In this document: one piece after another, positions 37,155-50,870 of the stretch
Position numbering within the stretch: position 1 is the first letter of the stretch
Layout of the letters: every line of letters begins with the position of its first letter
Assembly: GCA_001938485.1 (NCBI GenBank)
Contig: MQRK01245678.1
Coordinates: 1 to 54,861, forward strand
Length of the DNA stretch: 54,861 nt
Reading direction: 5' to 3'
Source: Girardia tigrina
Taxonomy: Eukaryota
Made by a program: the position numbers and the translations under genes
Notes under the pieces: generated by a model
The model's database searches: none
Told to the model about the DNA's origin: nothing
What the model saw: the letters and a program-made list of their open reading frames with translations, nothing else

Positions 37155-37757
37155 TGTATATGTCAATTGGTTTTGAAAACGATGCGTCAAATGCAATTGG
37201 AGTTGATTTAGTTAAACAAAACTGAATTTTAGGATTTCTATTACTTTTAGTACGGGTAGTAGTAGTTTTACATTTAAATTATTTATAAATCGAAAAAAAA
37301 TTTCCAATTTGTTGGAAATATGAGAAGTTATTTAATTTTTTTTCATTGATAAATTTTAATAATTTAGAAATGATTGAAATTTTTAAACATTATTTTAAAA
37401 TTTTTAAAAAGACATTTTAAAGAAAATTTAAATTATTAATATGCAGTAAAGCGACATAAGTCGAATTTGTTTGCAAGAGTATAAGTTAAATGACTTACGT
37501 CTAAATCTGATTTATAGAGAAAATTGTAAGAATAAACTACTTATTTACAAATAAATGTTTTTAATAAATTTCAAAATTGAAATTTGTTTTCTTGGAAGTT
37601 TAGTAATAAAAGTATCAACAACATTAATATGATTTTTTGACATTTATTAATTTCAAACAGAATTGTCGTTACAACAATTATTCAAACCACTATTTCTTTT
37701 TCTTGATTAATTTTTAAAATAAATGAAAAATATTTATTAATTATCAAGATTCTAATT

Positions 37758-40260
37758 GGTGCTTTTTTTAAGTAGGAACTCAGTTCCCATACCTTTTTTG
37801 CCAGATTCGTTTATATTGATATAAAATAATCGGCGTTTTACTTACTGTCAGTCCTTTTTACAATGAGGACTCACGGGAACGACATAAATTACGGTTTATA
37901 AATATACAACAAACTATATAAATGTACCAAGTAGCAAAGGCTGTTATTCTCTAATATTTAATATGATATCCATGGCATAGCCTTTTCAGGGGGCGTGGCT
38001 ATATTGATTAAATTATTTGGTAATTAATTATTCGATGTCATTTTAGATTTTACAGTCTTAAAATTAATGATAATTAAACAAACAAAAAAGCCTTGAAATG
38101 AAGAAAATCTCAAGTTTTTTTCCCAGCTGCTGCTCCGGTAAGCAAACAATTGAAACAAGAACTTGCGGAAGATAATCATTTTCAAACAACAGTCTCAGAA
38201 CAAACGTGTGTAGGCGATGTAGACATAGACTCGGACAATGATCAGCCAAGTTGTTGGAACAAAGATTAGACTTCTGCCGAAGATATGAGTGGCTGTGTGT
38301 TAGAAGAAAAAAGCTCGGCTGTGCTGTCTGCCGAAAGGTTGGAACACTTGGCATAGAAACAAAAATTGACATGAAAATATAGAAAGAATGGACTGATGGC
38401 GAAGTATCTTATTACAGAGATGAAAAAAGAAACAGCAGTATTCACTTCGAAAAAAAAATTTGCTTCAAAAGGAATCTGCTGGACATCAAACTGCTGTAAA
38501 GATAGTAACAGAAGCAGAAAAGGAAGAGCTTGAAAACGTAGTTTTAAAGTCATTGACACGTGAGAAAACATTAACGGCTAAAATTTTAAACACTGCATAC
38601 AAAGTTACGAAAAGAAATCAGTCATTTAATAACTTTGAAATGGAAATTGATTTACAAGAAATGAACGGGATAGACATTGGTCACATTCTACATTCGACAA
38701 ATGCATGCAGTAATATTGTAAATCATATAAGCACTGAAATGAGACAGACGCTGGTCAAAGAAGTGGTTAATTCCAAAAGTAAAATGTCACTGATGATCGA
38801 TGAGTCTACGACATTGAGTGGAAAATTAACCCTTATAGTGTACTGCAAAGTTGTATAGAAGGCACTGAAATGAAAGAACCAGTAAATTTATTTCTGGACT
38901 TAGTCAAACTTCAAAGTGTCACAGTCAACGGAATCCTTACTGCATTACTAGACTGTCTTAAATATTACGGGATGGGTGAAGAATACTTAAAGAACTATTT
39001 AGTTTCTGTAACATGGGATGGTGCATCTGTCATGTCGGGATGCAGAAGTGGAGTAAAGAAGCTACTTACTAATAAATTTCCATCGGTTATATTCTGGCAC
39101 TGTGCTAATCACAGACTTAAACTATCAGTAGCAGATATCGTAAAGGACGTTTCAGGAGTCAAGAGATTTAAATCATTCCTTGATAAGCTATACGTAATAT
39201 ACCATGCTTCTCCAAGAAATAGTAGAGAACTGCATTCATGTGCTAAATTACTTGAAGTAGAGTTATTAAAAATTGGACGGGTTTTAAGTACGCGATGGGT
39301 TTTGTCAAGTTTCCGTGCAGTGTCTGCAGTGTGGAATAATTATGCAGCTCTGGTAAATCATTTTGAAGAAGCAATGACTGATCCCACAATAAGTAACAAT
39401 GAGAAATGTATATATGAAGGGTTGAAGAAGAAAATAGCATCAACTGAATTTGTGATGGATCTGGGTCTGATGTGTGATGCTCTTCAAGAGTTATCTGAAT
39501 TGAGCTTGGATCTACAGCAGCGAAACATGAATCTTTACAAAGCGAATCAAAAAATAAAATCACTCGTACAGGTGTTCGTGGAACGAAGGGAAAATCCAGG
39601 CCCATATTACCGGAGTGCAACAGCAGCTGCTGAGCATCTAATATTTAATAAAATTGTACTACACAACAGAAACTGCAAAAATGATCCTTCTATTGATGCA
39701 AATGTCTTTTATGAGAAACTTAGCGAATCAATTGCAAAAAGATTACTGTCTAATGAGGATGTTGAACTAGCTCAATGGACTAGCATACTAGGTCCAGAGC
39801 CATTGGACAGATAACATGAACAACTAGTTGACATTTGGAGAAGCGGAAATTGAGAAATTGTGTAGCATGCTGCAATTTAACGCAAGAGAAATCATTCATG
39901 GATTCCGTGATTATCTTACGGAAAGAACATATTCTGAAAGAAGTTTTCCTCTGATACATGCTATTAATACAATTTCCATTTCTTCCAGCGAATGTGAAAG
40001 GGGATTCTCACAAATGAATTTGATAATCACTCCAACGAGAGCTTCGCTTATGATAAAAACAGTTTCCGCACTTTTATTCATCAGAATGGTCGGTCCTCCA
40101 CTAACATATTTTGATCCTACAAAGCACGTAGACTCTTGGTTGCTTCGAGGCAAAAATTCAGCTCTAAACTCACAAAGCAAGAAAAGAAATAGAGATGATT
40201 TGTCTAATGAAAACATGAGAAAACTCTGGAAGTTGTTTTAAAGCCTAATACGGTACAGTA
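37758..40260 (+). mobile_element. hAT transposon, KIAA1586/ZNF862-type transposase (about 38098-40241), broken ORF
   Basis: WL...KLGC.VC, LMIDEST, DGASVM, WHCANHRL, TRW, SSSECERGFSQMN. Subterminal GGAACTCAGTTCC palindrome. Confidence 0.9.
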
Positions 40261-41299
40261 TCATAATACAATAGAATACATTTTACACACGTGAAAATTT
40301 ATTAATAATAAATTATTATAAATTTATTTGATTTAAAATATAAGTTAAAAAAATAAATGGATTATATAACAGATAAAACAGTATTTTTTAAAATAATAAT
40401 TTTATTTGAATTTTATAAAATGTTTTTATTAAAATCTGTAAAATTTATTTAAAACATAAAAATATTGAATTTTAAATATACGTAAATTAATAGTTTTTTT
40501 AAAATATTTTATAAAAATTTGAAAATTAAAAATGAAATATTATTTTGATTTGGTTTAAAAAATAATTTTAAATTATTGGAAAATAGAGATCGGAAGATTG
40601 ATTACAAATTGAGGAAATCGTTGAAAATTTTGTTTGATAAATATAAATATATAATAAATATATAAATTGAGTTAAATTGACTTCTGGTATTGACGTTACA
40701 AATACTTCTCACAATTTCATTGAGTGTTCGAGCAGCCTTCAGGTTTGCAGTTTCATCGTTTTGGTGGGGTATCGAGGTGAAAATATAAATTCAACAGAAA
40801 TCAACACAAGATAATTTATCAAAATATGTATATTTATTATGCACACTTTACATATTAGATTTAGAGTAAAAATTTGTCTCTTAAACTTGGTAATTTAAAT
40901 AGATGGTAAGGCAGTTATTTTCTTCACCAATCAGTTTAAAATATATAAAGGATACAATGAGGTTATATATATATATTATGGTTAGCACCTTTTTTATTAA
41001 AAATTTCATTTTTTCTTTATCATTTTGCCTTTTCATCAGGTTTTATTTATTCAATTGATATAGTCGACTGGGTTTAGGTTTTTATTCAGTCAATTTATAT
41101 AATCGATAAAGGGAATAGTCGTATAGTCACTGAAAGCAATATGATTGCTGAATTTCCGCCGGGTATTTCTCCTGATATTGACACAGATTTGCTGCTTTGG
41201 TCTCCGGATTGATAAAGAGGTTGAATTGAATTCATCGGTCGTCGGGAAGAGACCAATCGAATATCCAGGCGATTCTCTTGCTCTAAAAGACTCCGAAGG

Positions 41300-42232
41300 A
41301 GTCATGTTAAATATTCCCGAAGATGAAAAACTTATGATTGAAGAAGGTATATTAAGGACGCACACGGGGAAGATTTGGATACCAAAGTCCGAAAAAGAAG
41401 AAATGATCACTCAGATACATACTTTGTTATCTCAAGCTGGCCAAGATAAAGTTTCAAAATACATTCTAGAAATTATTGCATGATCAATCGGAATAAAATA
41501 ATAAATAATAAAATAACGAATTGGGTAGTATGAAGCTGGTCAGAAAAGTAAAACATTAACGATCACTTCGAAGGAAGAACGAATGTCACTATTTACAAAT
41601 GAACCATTTAAGAAATTGTACATAGATATATGAGGACGTCTAAAGGAGACCTGGAGAAGGAAAGAGATTGTTGTTGAAAAAAGATTGTTGTAATCATTGA
41701 TCAGTTTAGCAGGTACATATCATTGACAAGTATTAGCAAGCAGGATTAAGTAACTATAAAAGTCGTTATAATGGAAAAATGTATCTTTCAAATTTGGAGC
41801 ACTAAAAGAAATACACGTAGATCATAGGAAGGCATTTAGATCTAAAATAATTTAAGATATGGCAACATCTATGAGCACAAAGTGTTATTCGAGCCCATAT
41901 CATCACAACTTGAATGGAATAGTAGCGAGACAATTTCAGAGAATCAGAGAATATTTAAATGTGTCGTTGCGAGAAAAAAAACAAGGACAGATTGGGAAGA
42001 CCTGCTACAAGAAAAATAATTTACACGGAACGCAACATTTCAGAAGATAATAGCTAAGAGCCCAGTGAAAATTATATTTTGTAAAAGAATATACAGAGAA
42101 AATGGCATAGTCGATATATAAAGATGAATCAGTGAAGCTATACTGAAGAACTACCTGTCAGGAAAAAGTTTGAAATCGGAGCGGAAGTGCTTGTCAAGGT
42201 GGAAACCGAAAAAAAGACAAATATGAAAGACA
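41300..42232 (+). mobile_element. gypsy integrase remnant related to the 9120-14124 family
   Basis: GKIWIP...H, IIDQFSRYISLT, KEIHVD, SSPYHHNLNG. Confidence 0.8.
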
Positions 42233-43024
42233 TGTTGGGTATTCAAAGTGTTGAGGTAGTATCTTAAAATTTATATGTATTTGTTTTAAGTTAATAAATA
42301 TTATTTAACAATTATATTTTCATAGATGGAATATTTATGATAAGAAATATAAAATTATATTTTTTATATAAATAAATAAGGCATTAAAGAAAGTTTAAAT
42401 AAATAATAGAAGAAAAGAAGGTTAATAATTACAAGAAATATATAAATTATAAATTAAAATTAAAAAATAAAATTAATTTATTAATAACGACCTAATATAA
42501 AAAGTCAAAAAATTAGTAAGAGAGAATTAAAAAAATAATAATTCAAAAGGAAACAGGTGTTACTGTTGATCAGGAGCTCGGGAGATCTGCGAGAATTATT
42601 GACACAGGTGTTAATATTGATCGGGAGCCCGAGAGTTATTTGGAAAAATTCTGCGTATATAAAGATCTCACAACTATAGTGAAATAATAAGAAAAAATAA
42701 ATCTCGCTGAAATAGTGGGAATTGATCGCTACCGAGAAAAATAGATTGAAAGCAACAAATAAAAAAGTAAATAATATAAAATAATATAAAATTATTATAT
42801 TCGTATATATTTCACGCTGTAAAGTGTGACATTAAATCCTTAACCTTCAAACAACCCGAGTTGTCGCTAAGGCTCTCGGTTTCATAATATAAAATCGACC
42901 AGAGGACAAATAAAATACTTCTTTCGCCTTTAAATTATACTTTGTAAATTGTAAATAAAACAGAAATATAACTCTATAAACTATTGTCTTTTCATTTTAG
43001 CAACAACACAACAAATACTCAACA
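42233..43024. mobile_element. 792-bp LTR (TGTTGGGTATT...AATACTCAACA)
   Basis: TG...CA ends with an 11-bp terminal inverted repeat, internal direct repeats at 42553-42635, TATA and AATAAA motifs. Confidence 0.65.
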
Positions 43025-43094
43025 AAAGTATTCAAATTTTATTATCAATTTTTTAATCACAACTTTATATCTGACTCCAGTAATTCAGTAGGCT

Positions 43095-43735
43095 CTTCTA
43101 ACACAAATATATGAACAAGTGAACACAAATTCTTTTAATAACTTTTATTTTTAATAACACAGATGTAATCACAGCTTCAAATAAATGTTTCAATCTTCAA
43201 TTATCAATTACCACTTGTGGTAGAAATCTAAATAACAATCCAACAATAATTAATAAACGCTGAGCACACAGCTCTTCAATGTCAATACGTTTGTAAGAGC
43301 GATACCGCCGAATAATGACAATTGTTTTAATCGTATTCTCCTTTACAGGATACTTGATTACTAAGAGGAAAGAACAATAATAAAATTTTACTTAAAATCC
43401 TTTAAGGATTATTGCAAATTTCACTGGCTTCTCTTCATTCAAAATTTTCTTTGAAATTAAGTTGTGAGCTAAGTCAATTTTTCATTTGGTTAAATAGTTA
43501 TTTTTATTTATTTATTCAATTGATTTGGTAAAACAAATTATAAAATATTTAAAAATATTAAGATACGTTGTGTTAATATAAACATTTTACTGAACAAAAA
43601 TTTGTAAAAATTATTTAAAACTTTATTATAAAATTTTCTAAATAAAATTTTAATATATATGTTTTAGATCCCTAACAAATATATGAACAAGTGAGCACAA
43701 TTTCTTTATTAAACGTTTATTTTCAAATAACAAAA
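43095..43735 (-). repeat. LTR-like remnants; about 60-bp direct repeat at 43098 and 43671
   Basis: CAAATATATGAACAAGTGA.CACAA occurs twice. The minus strand has TTATTTGAAGCTGTGATT, also present in the LTR at 50869-51047. Confidence 0.45.
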
Positions 43736-44786
43736 ATTTACACGTAGAATAGTAATAATAATTCAATTCTTTGATGACAGAACACAAACACAAATCAATA
43801 TTTCGTGCAAGTTAACAGATTTCAGTAAAAACTGTGAATCTCCCAAACAATCGATGCTTTGATTAAAAAATAAAACCGTCTTCTCCCATACATGATAATT
43901 AAGGTTTTATCAAAAAATATAAAATATAAATTGATAGTAATTTTATTTATGTAGCTTATTTCCTTTTTAAATTTGTAAAGAGTAATTTTAAGGGCAAACT
44001 AAAACTGAATTTGCTGCTGTTTATATAGTAGTTTTTATCAGCATTGGAAATTGATCAAATAAAACAAACACTAAAATATTTATAATTTTTAATTCCAAAT
44101 TTTGCTATACTAAATATTATTTTTTTTTGAAATTAATAATTTTACTGAAAGAATTATTTTAAATTTCTTCTACATAAAAATTTTATTAAAAATGTTCCTC
44201 TGTATTTTTCGAATCCCTAACAGACAGTACAAAGTGAATGGCAAGATACATAACAGAAGATACAAATTAGAAATTAAAATGGAAAAATCTTGGACAGAAA
44301 TATGGATAAACTTAAGAAATTCCTAAAAAATGGGCTATGAGGATTTTAGTTTTGAGAAGGTTAATCAGAATTTGATTGTTAGGATAAATATCGGAAAATT
44401 TAGTTAAAAGCACGTTGAAAATTTGTTTGAAATACATATTATTATTTTGTGCTAATAAAAGTTTTTATTTTTAATTATTAATCTTAATTCAAATATCGAT
44501 AATAATATCAACGCAACTGACACTTTCTAAAATCGATCGAATAATATTTTAGTTACAAAAAGGATTTATATATGGTAGATCAACTTTTTTTCTGAAACAC
44601 GTTTTGAGATTTAGGCTCACGGCATAGATTGTGATGAGTTTTTTCGATATTTATTGTATGTTTATTAAAATATTCTAAGGTTTTTGTTCACAACTGTTTA
44701 ATAGAATTATTTGAATGATAATTTGGAATAAAAATAATAAACCCATAATGAATTTCTGAAAAATAAATGTATTTGTTATAATATTT

Positions 44787-45090
44787 GTAGCCCGGGCAGT
44801 CTCTCGGTTCGATCCTCCTCCGAACCACTTAATTGTCGCGATCATTTCTGATCGAAGACGCCGCTTAGTCATCGGTCCGTCCTCTAAAAGTCAGATGGTT
44901 CTCCCAATCGCACGCAGACAGTGGAGGCACGCTGGTCCACTCGTCATTTGTGGCAGGTTTCGGAAAGTGTACTGACTAGAAGTATTAAAATAAGATGATG
45001 TGACTAAGTGTCGGCAGAAATCCGAGACGAGAACGATTTTTGAGTCGGTGATAAAGTGCCATTTATTTTGCGAAGGAATAACAAACATCT
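44787..45090 (+). mobile_element. candidate tRNA-derived SINE, 5'-truncated
   Basis: B box GGTTCGATCC at 44806-44815 at the head of a 300-bp GC-richer island. No A box or TSD seen. Confidence 0.4.
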
Positions 45091-45321
45091 TTGTTTTATA
45101 ACATTTACATAGTTTCTTACTTCATTTTAAATGATTGCAATTCGATTTTGAATTCTTACAAATCGATTTTGAATTAAATTATAATTATATAAAAATTTTG
45201 TTTGAAAGTCCAACTGTCAGAATGAAAATGAACTTTTTGAGGCGATTCAAAATGTGCAACGACGAATTACACCCGAAAACTGTAATATTTTTATCTGCGT
45301 ATGAGTATTTTATTTTACGTA

Positions 45322-45756
45322 TTAGGTGTCGAAATGACGAAATGATTCATGATGGTTAAATAAAGTCTTTTAATGTTAATCAGTTTTTTTTATAAAAAAT
45401 ATAAGTCTTTTAATTTTATTTCCGTATTTTGGCGCATATAACCCGCAAGTCATGTGTGATTTTATCTACGCCCCACGCTACTCACAGGGTATAAAAATAG
45501 GCGGTGTATCCTAAAAATAATTTACATGATAACAACTAACATTTCAGGATGATAAACAGCGGATAAAATGTGTTTTTACATACTCCAAATGTCCCTGGTG
45601 ATGAAAAAATTATGCGGGTTATATGCGCGAAAATACGGTACTTATTTTAATCACAGTCATTTAAAATTAAAAAAATAATATATTTTTAGAAAAAACTAAG
45701 TACGATTAAAGACTTTATTTAACTATCGTGACTCATTTCGTTGTTTCGACACCTAA
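45322..45756. mobile_element. mariner-type MITE with about 50-bp TIRs (outer element)
   Basis: TTAGGTGTCGAAA..ACGAAATGA.TCA.GAT.GTTAAATAAAGTCTTT at both ends in inverted orientation. Confidence 0.8.
45422..45638. mobile_element. pogo/Tc2-type MITE nested in the outer MITE
   Basis: 26-bp TIR CCGTATTTT(G/C)GCGCATATAACCCGCA, with TA at the right flank. Confidence 0.85.
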
Positions 45757-46018
45757 CAATAACATAATCTTTTGTTGTATATACATTAATGCATTTTAAA
45801 TAAGTCTGATTTTTGGAGAAGTAAACTGAAATGTGTTGGGTTATAAAAATAGTGCATCAAGAGTTAAAGAACTATCTAAATTTCGAACTACTGAGAAAAA
45901 AAGTTCAATGAAATCAATTATATTTATACAACCAAATTAAATAATATTTCTCTATTTTATTCAATGTAGAAAGCAATATACGATTTTTAATGAACAATTA
46001 ATCTTCTTTTCCTCTGTC

Positions 46019-46960
46019 TTATGATTGATGCATAAGACTATATTTCCACAGCTCTTTCCATTGAGATGGATATACTACATTTTTTCCGACTAAATATATA
46101 TAATTGATTAAATTTTCATTTATTTTTTTGTCTTGTAAGACATAATGTCCATAGTTTTCAGCAAAATCTTTCAGTTTTACTCCCGACTTTCGTGCAACCA
46201 AACCTGTAATGAAGACATCATCAATAAATAAATATTTCTGGTAATATGAGCATATAAGAAGTGGTGTTACTGATGACTGAGAAAACAGATATGCGAATCC
46301 TTTAGTAAAGGGTGGGTATCCATCTTCTTCATATTCGTTTTTCGAAACAGTCCATTTAAAGCCTTTGACACGGATCGGTTTTTCATTGTATGAAATTTTA
46401 CCTAAAACAAATTTTTCCTTTGGATTTAAATATTCTGTAGAATAATGCAAAAGAGGAAAAATATTGATGAAAGTATCATCATCTGTTTTAGAAATAAATT
46501 TGGCTTGAGGACAAAATTTCTGAATCCAATGTAAAGCAACAATGTGTTTCAACGTTAAGTTTCGATAAGTGTCTAGAAAATCCCCTTGAATTATGTCTCG
46601 ATAATGCTTACTTTCTTCTTCTATTTTCCTTTGGATTTCTTGGGACTTCGGTACTCCCAACACAAATAATACGTTCACAATTTTTGAATCAATATATTTC
46701 AAAGATCCCCAAGTTTCTCTTATCAGCATCCGTCGATCGAAATTAGTAGAAGACGTTTGAACGTAAAGCAACATGAATATATCGTTAAAGCAAAATTCTG
46801 GTTCATTTATTTTATAAGTGAAAGGAGTATGATTGTAATACGCATAACTTCCGTTTTGACAGCTTAAGGATGTTTCCGTTTCATTACTCGGAAGATTGAT
46901 AAATTCGATTCCTTTAACAATGGTTACTGAAAGGATTAATATCGCAATTTTGAGTCCCAT
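46019..46960 (-). CDS. beta-1,3-galactosyltransferase-like protein (GT31), 313 aa, single exon
   Basis: N-terminal hydrophobic anchor. RRMLIRETWG, FVLG, E...YRDIIQGDFLDTYRNLTLK, KTDDD, YPPF..G.AY..S, IDDVFITG. ORF is uninterrupted. Confidence 0.9.
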   Translation of the reverse strand: MGLKIAILILSVTIVKGIEFINLPSNETETSLSCQNGSYAYYNHTPFTYKINEPEFCFNDIFMLLYVQTSSTNFDRRMLIRETWGSLKYIDSKIVNVLFVLGVPKSQEIQRKIEEESKHYRDIIQGDFLDTYRNLTLKHIVALHWIQKFCPQAKFISKTDDDTFINIFPLLHYSTEYLNPKEKFVLGKISYNEKPIRVKGFKWTVSKNEYEEDGYPPFTKGFAYLFSQSSVTPLLICSYYQKYLFIDDVFITGLVARKSGVKLKDFAENYGHYVLQDKKINENLINYIYLVGKNVVYPSQWKELWKYSLMHQS

Positions 46961-48794
46961 GATAATTTTGGATAATCTTCTATGATTTAAATGACATAAA
47001 AAAGAAACAATGAATATTAATTGATTGATTTATTTATTTAATGTGCAAATTATTTAATCAAATATTAACACACATTATTAATTATTATTGTTCAAATACA
47101 CAGAAATTATTTCATTCATTCTTCAATATGCACTATCATTTCTTTTCTTTGTAATTCTATTTCTATTACAATTGTACTACAGAAGAAACACAACAATTCA
47201 TTTTAGTCATGAAAAATTTTTAATATAATGCGTAAATGTATTGCAATAAAAAGAACCTTTTTTAAAATATCGATTTAGATGGTGAATAATCCATTTATCG
47301 TAATAAATCCCTTGTATGATAATATAATAATAAAAACAATAACAGAAAGATAAAAAGAAGGTATGATAGTTAATTACAATAAAAGATGTTAATGACAACA
47401 ATGAGGAGTTAGTTTAAATTTGCACTTCGCCAAAATGATATACTATTTTTTTAAATTTAAAAGTTTGAAAAAATTAAATAAATCCACAAAGCTTTAAGAT
47501 TAAAAATGATCTCGAAAGGAAAATCAACAAAAATTAAATACTTATATAAAAATTAAAAAATAAAAATTGATATATTTTAATAAAAGTTATGAAATAAGAA
47601 TTTTAAAATAAATAATGAATGGATTAAACTTTATAATATTTTAAGAAATATTTTTTTAAATAAAAGGCTTATGGTAAAAAAATTTTAATTTAATAGTTTT
47701 ATGATAAAGTTTTATAAAAATTTTTTAGTTCTAATTTAAAAAAATAATTTTATAATTATAAGTTAAATTTGACAAATTAAATTGAAAGAAAATTTAATAG
47801 ATGGATTTTGGCGAAATAATTGAATTAACAAGAAATTCGTTTATATATGTGTATTATTGTCATGAATAATGTTTTGCAATAAATATGACTTCTGAAATTT
47901 CAGATAATGAAATTGACATAAACGCTACTTATAACAACGAATCAGTTACTTTACTTTAATTCAATGAATTTCAGATCAATTAAAGTTTGTCAGACAATAG
48001 AATATTTTCATCTTTGGTATAGTCGATTAATAAGAATGAGATAAAATAGTCTGTCAATACTTGGGAATAATTCTTCAAGTATAACTTTTCGTATTTGGTT
48101 AGGAAATCTTTTCTGTAACCAACAATGTCTTGATTGTTTAGAGATGAATAATATTTTGGAAAAATAGACGATATAATTCAGTAATTATAGACAAATAGAT
48201 ACGCGATCAGAATGAGTTAGAAAAACTGTTCATATGATTACCAAAATCGCAGTAGTAATTAACTATAAAAATACAGGTATAAATATGATATTAAATGAAT
48301 TAGCAAATTCAATTTATGAATTATAATTCCAAAACGAAATTCACATCGTTATGGAATTATGTTGAAATTTCAAGTAAAATTATATTATAATACATGTTTG
48401 GGATTCAAAAAATATAATATATATCTCCATTATTATCGATATTTATATCAAGAGGCTCATTCATTATCGCTCTCTCTCGCCTCAATTAAGAATGACAATC
48501 TTTGATATTTTTATTCGTTTTCGTTTCTTTTGTAAACAATAAATAAAAAAATTATAGATAATATGTAAAAAAATGTTGAAAGTTGAAAAGAAAATATCTG
48601 GAATCTTTTAGACCCCTTAAATATGTTTACGTCATTTTTTATATGAAATTTGTTTATCTGAAGAAAAGCTTGAATAATACTTTGAAAACATTTGAAATTT
48701 GAAAAATAAATATATCGAGGAATTGACTTATTATTGCTGAACAAGAAATAAAATCATTGTTAATAATCAGTAATAAAAAAAATTAATAATCATA

Positions 48795-50870
48795 ATAAAA
48801 AATAAGTGCCGGTATGCAGAAACTGGCCATACAGTGATTTTGCTCCTCCGCTGCCCAACGCCAACACCCTGACGTCAACTCCCACGCCCCCTCCCCGATT
48901 TTTTAATATATTTAAAAAAAAGAGTGGTTTCTTTTCCTTTTTGCTCACACAAAATTGTATACAACCCCCCACACATTAACGAACCCTGAGGGAAACCAAA
49001 AACCATTCTCCGTTTAAATCTTATTGACTACACAATAAAGATATTCACAAGCGTGTGTAATGGTAACTATAGTAACTACAGATCTCACTAAGTGTCCAGT
49101 CAACAATAAACTGTCTAGAGCTGACATATTTTGTAAATGCAATCGACACCAACATCGGCATCCTTTCCACTAGCCGATGTGACATGCAGCAAGTATAGTC
49201 GGCACTGCGATGACCACTGCTCAGCCAGCTGTGCAGGTATGGAATAGGATCCCACAGTGCAAGAGAAGGACCCACCAATCGGATCATCATCAGTTGCGAT
49301 ACGCGGCTTATTTGTATGGCAGATCGAGACGACGTCAAAATCAGATTCATGGCACTGAATCCACGCTCACATTCGGCTGTTGAAACGGGGATTGAATCCA
49401 TGATGAGAAGAAGTGGCTTGAGGTCCTGGGGTACTCGCTTTCCACCATTCTTAATGTACTCCCTCATGCCTTTCAGGCAGTTTGAAGAGCTGAGGTTGAA
49501 GTGACTGCAGAGGTAGCGAACCGCGTGATCACCATGACAAATGTTGACCGAATCTGGCCAGTAGGTGGGATGCAAGGCTTTGAAATGTTCTAGTAGCTCA
49601 GAAGAGGAAGGAAATCCTTTGTTGCTGGTTAGCAGGTGATCTTCCAATTTCTCCGCCAAATATAGGAAGAATTTGTTGGCGTAGATTTCGACATCACTTT
49701 TGCGTCCCTGATATACTCCCATAAAGCAGGAAGGTTTTTCGAGAACTTTTTGCATATGGGGGCCCTTACCGTCTTGAAAGGCTTTGAGCACAACGACTTC
49801 ACGTGCTATTAGCCTATTGGCCTCAAGTACGTTGATNNNNNNNNNNNNNNNNNNNNNNNNNNNNNNNNNNNNNNNNNNNNNNNNNNNNNNNNNNNNNNNN
49901 NNNNNNNNNNNNNNNNGGTTTGCTAGTCCTTGGTAAGTCACCTGCTCAGACTTCGACCTTGTAGGATCGGATGCAGCCTGAGAGAAGTGCTCGAAGAGTG
50001 CTGGATAGTTTTGCCAGACTGCAGCAACTGTTCTAGCACTGGAGGCTACCCAGCTCGTGTTTAACACACGTCCAATGGAGAGGAGTTGAGTTCCCAAAGA
50101 TTCACTCACGTCGTGAAGCTGGCGTTGGTTCTTAGGACTCTGATGATACAACGAATATAGTTTATCCATAAAGGCACGGAAGTTGTTCACTCCTCCAACT
50201 TCTTCCACAGCATCATTGACTGCCAGCTCGAGCCGATGAGCAGTACAGTGCCACACGAAGACTTGCGGAAAGTCTCTTAAAATCAGAGCAGCAACTCCTG
50301 CGCGGCGACCCAGCATTACAGATGCGCCGTCGCAGGCGAAGGATACCCAGTTTTCAAAAAGATATTCCTGTGTAAATCCATGGCCTTCATGCAGCGCAAC
50401 AATTCATCATAAATGTCAATTGCAGTAGTCCCTTGCAGCTCTACCAGATCCAAGAAGATAGTTTCCACGATGTCTTCAATGACGACTCGAGGGTACACGA
50501 CGAGAGCAGATTTGTTACTCAAGAACGTTGATTCGTCAACAAGTACAGAAATCTTTGAGCCCGAGATGACTATCTTCTTGATGACTTTCTCGCGCATTTC
50601 CTTCGATATGTGCTCAACTATATTGTCACATGAATGGTCGCTGTGTAGTATTCGACCGAGATCAATTCCGTTCATTTTCTGCAGCTGAACTTTGTGTTCC
50701 ATATCAGCAAACGGCCGATTGAGCTTGGCCTGCTTATACACTGTACGGAACACCTTCGCAGTGGTACTTTCTTATGCTTTCAATTGTGCTACCGTCAACT
50801 TCTCAATCGTTTTCTTCTTGCTGGCTTCCAAGATTTTCACCGCTTCTGAGTGTGCAGCACTTTTGTAGTG
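48795..50870 (-). mobile_element. second KIAA1586/ZNF862-type hAT transposon, interrupted by a gypsy element
   Basis: VLVDEST, ACDGASVMLG, WHCTAHRLEL, STAECERGFSAMN. GTGCCGGTA subterminal motif near 48806 and a possible far-end motif TACCGGTACTC near 53515. Confidence 0.88.

Noticed and set aside
38098-40241. Domesticated KIAA1586/ZNF862 host genes (also 49045-50870)
   Set aside because: Stops, frameshifts and transposon-like ends indicate decayed hATs.
44560-44600. Spliced-leader RNA gene (TATATG|GTA)
   Set aside because: Only the junction-like word matches, with no convincing leader or Sm-site structure.
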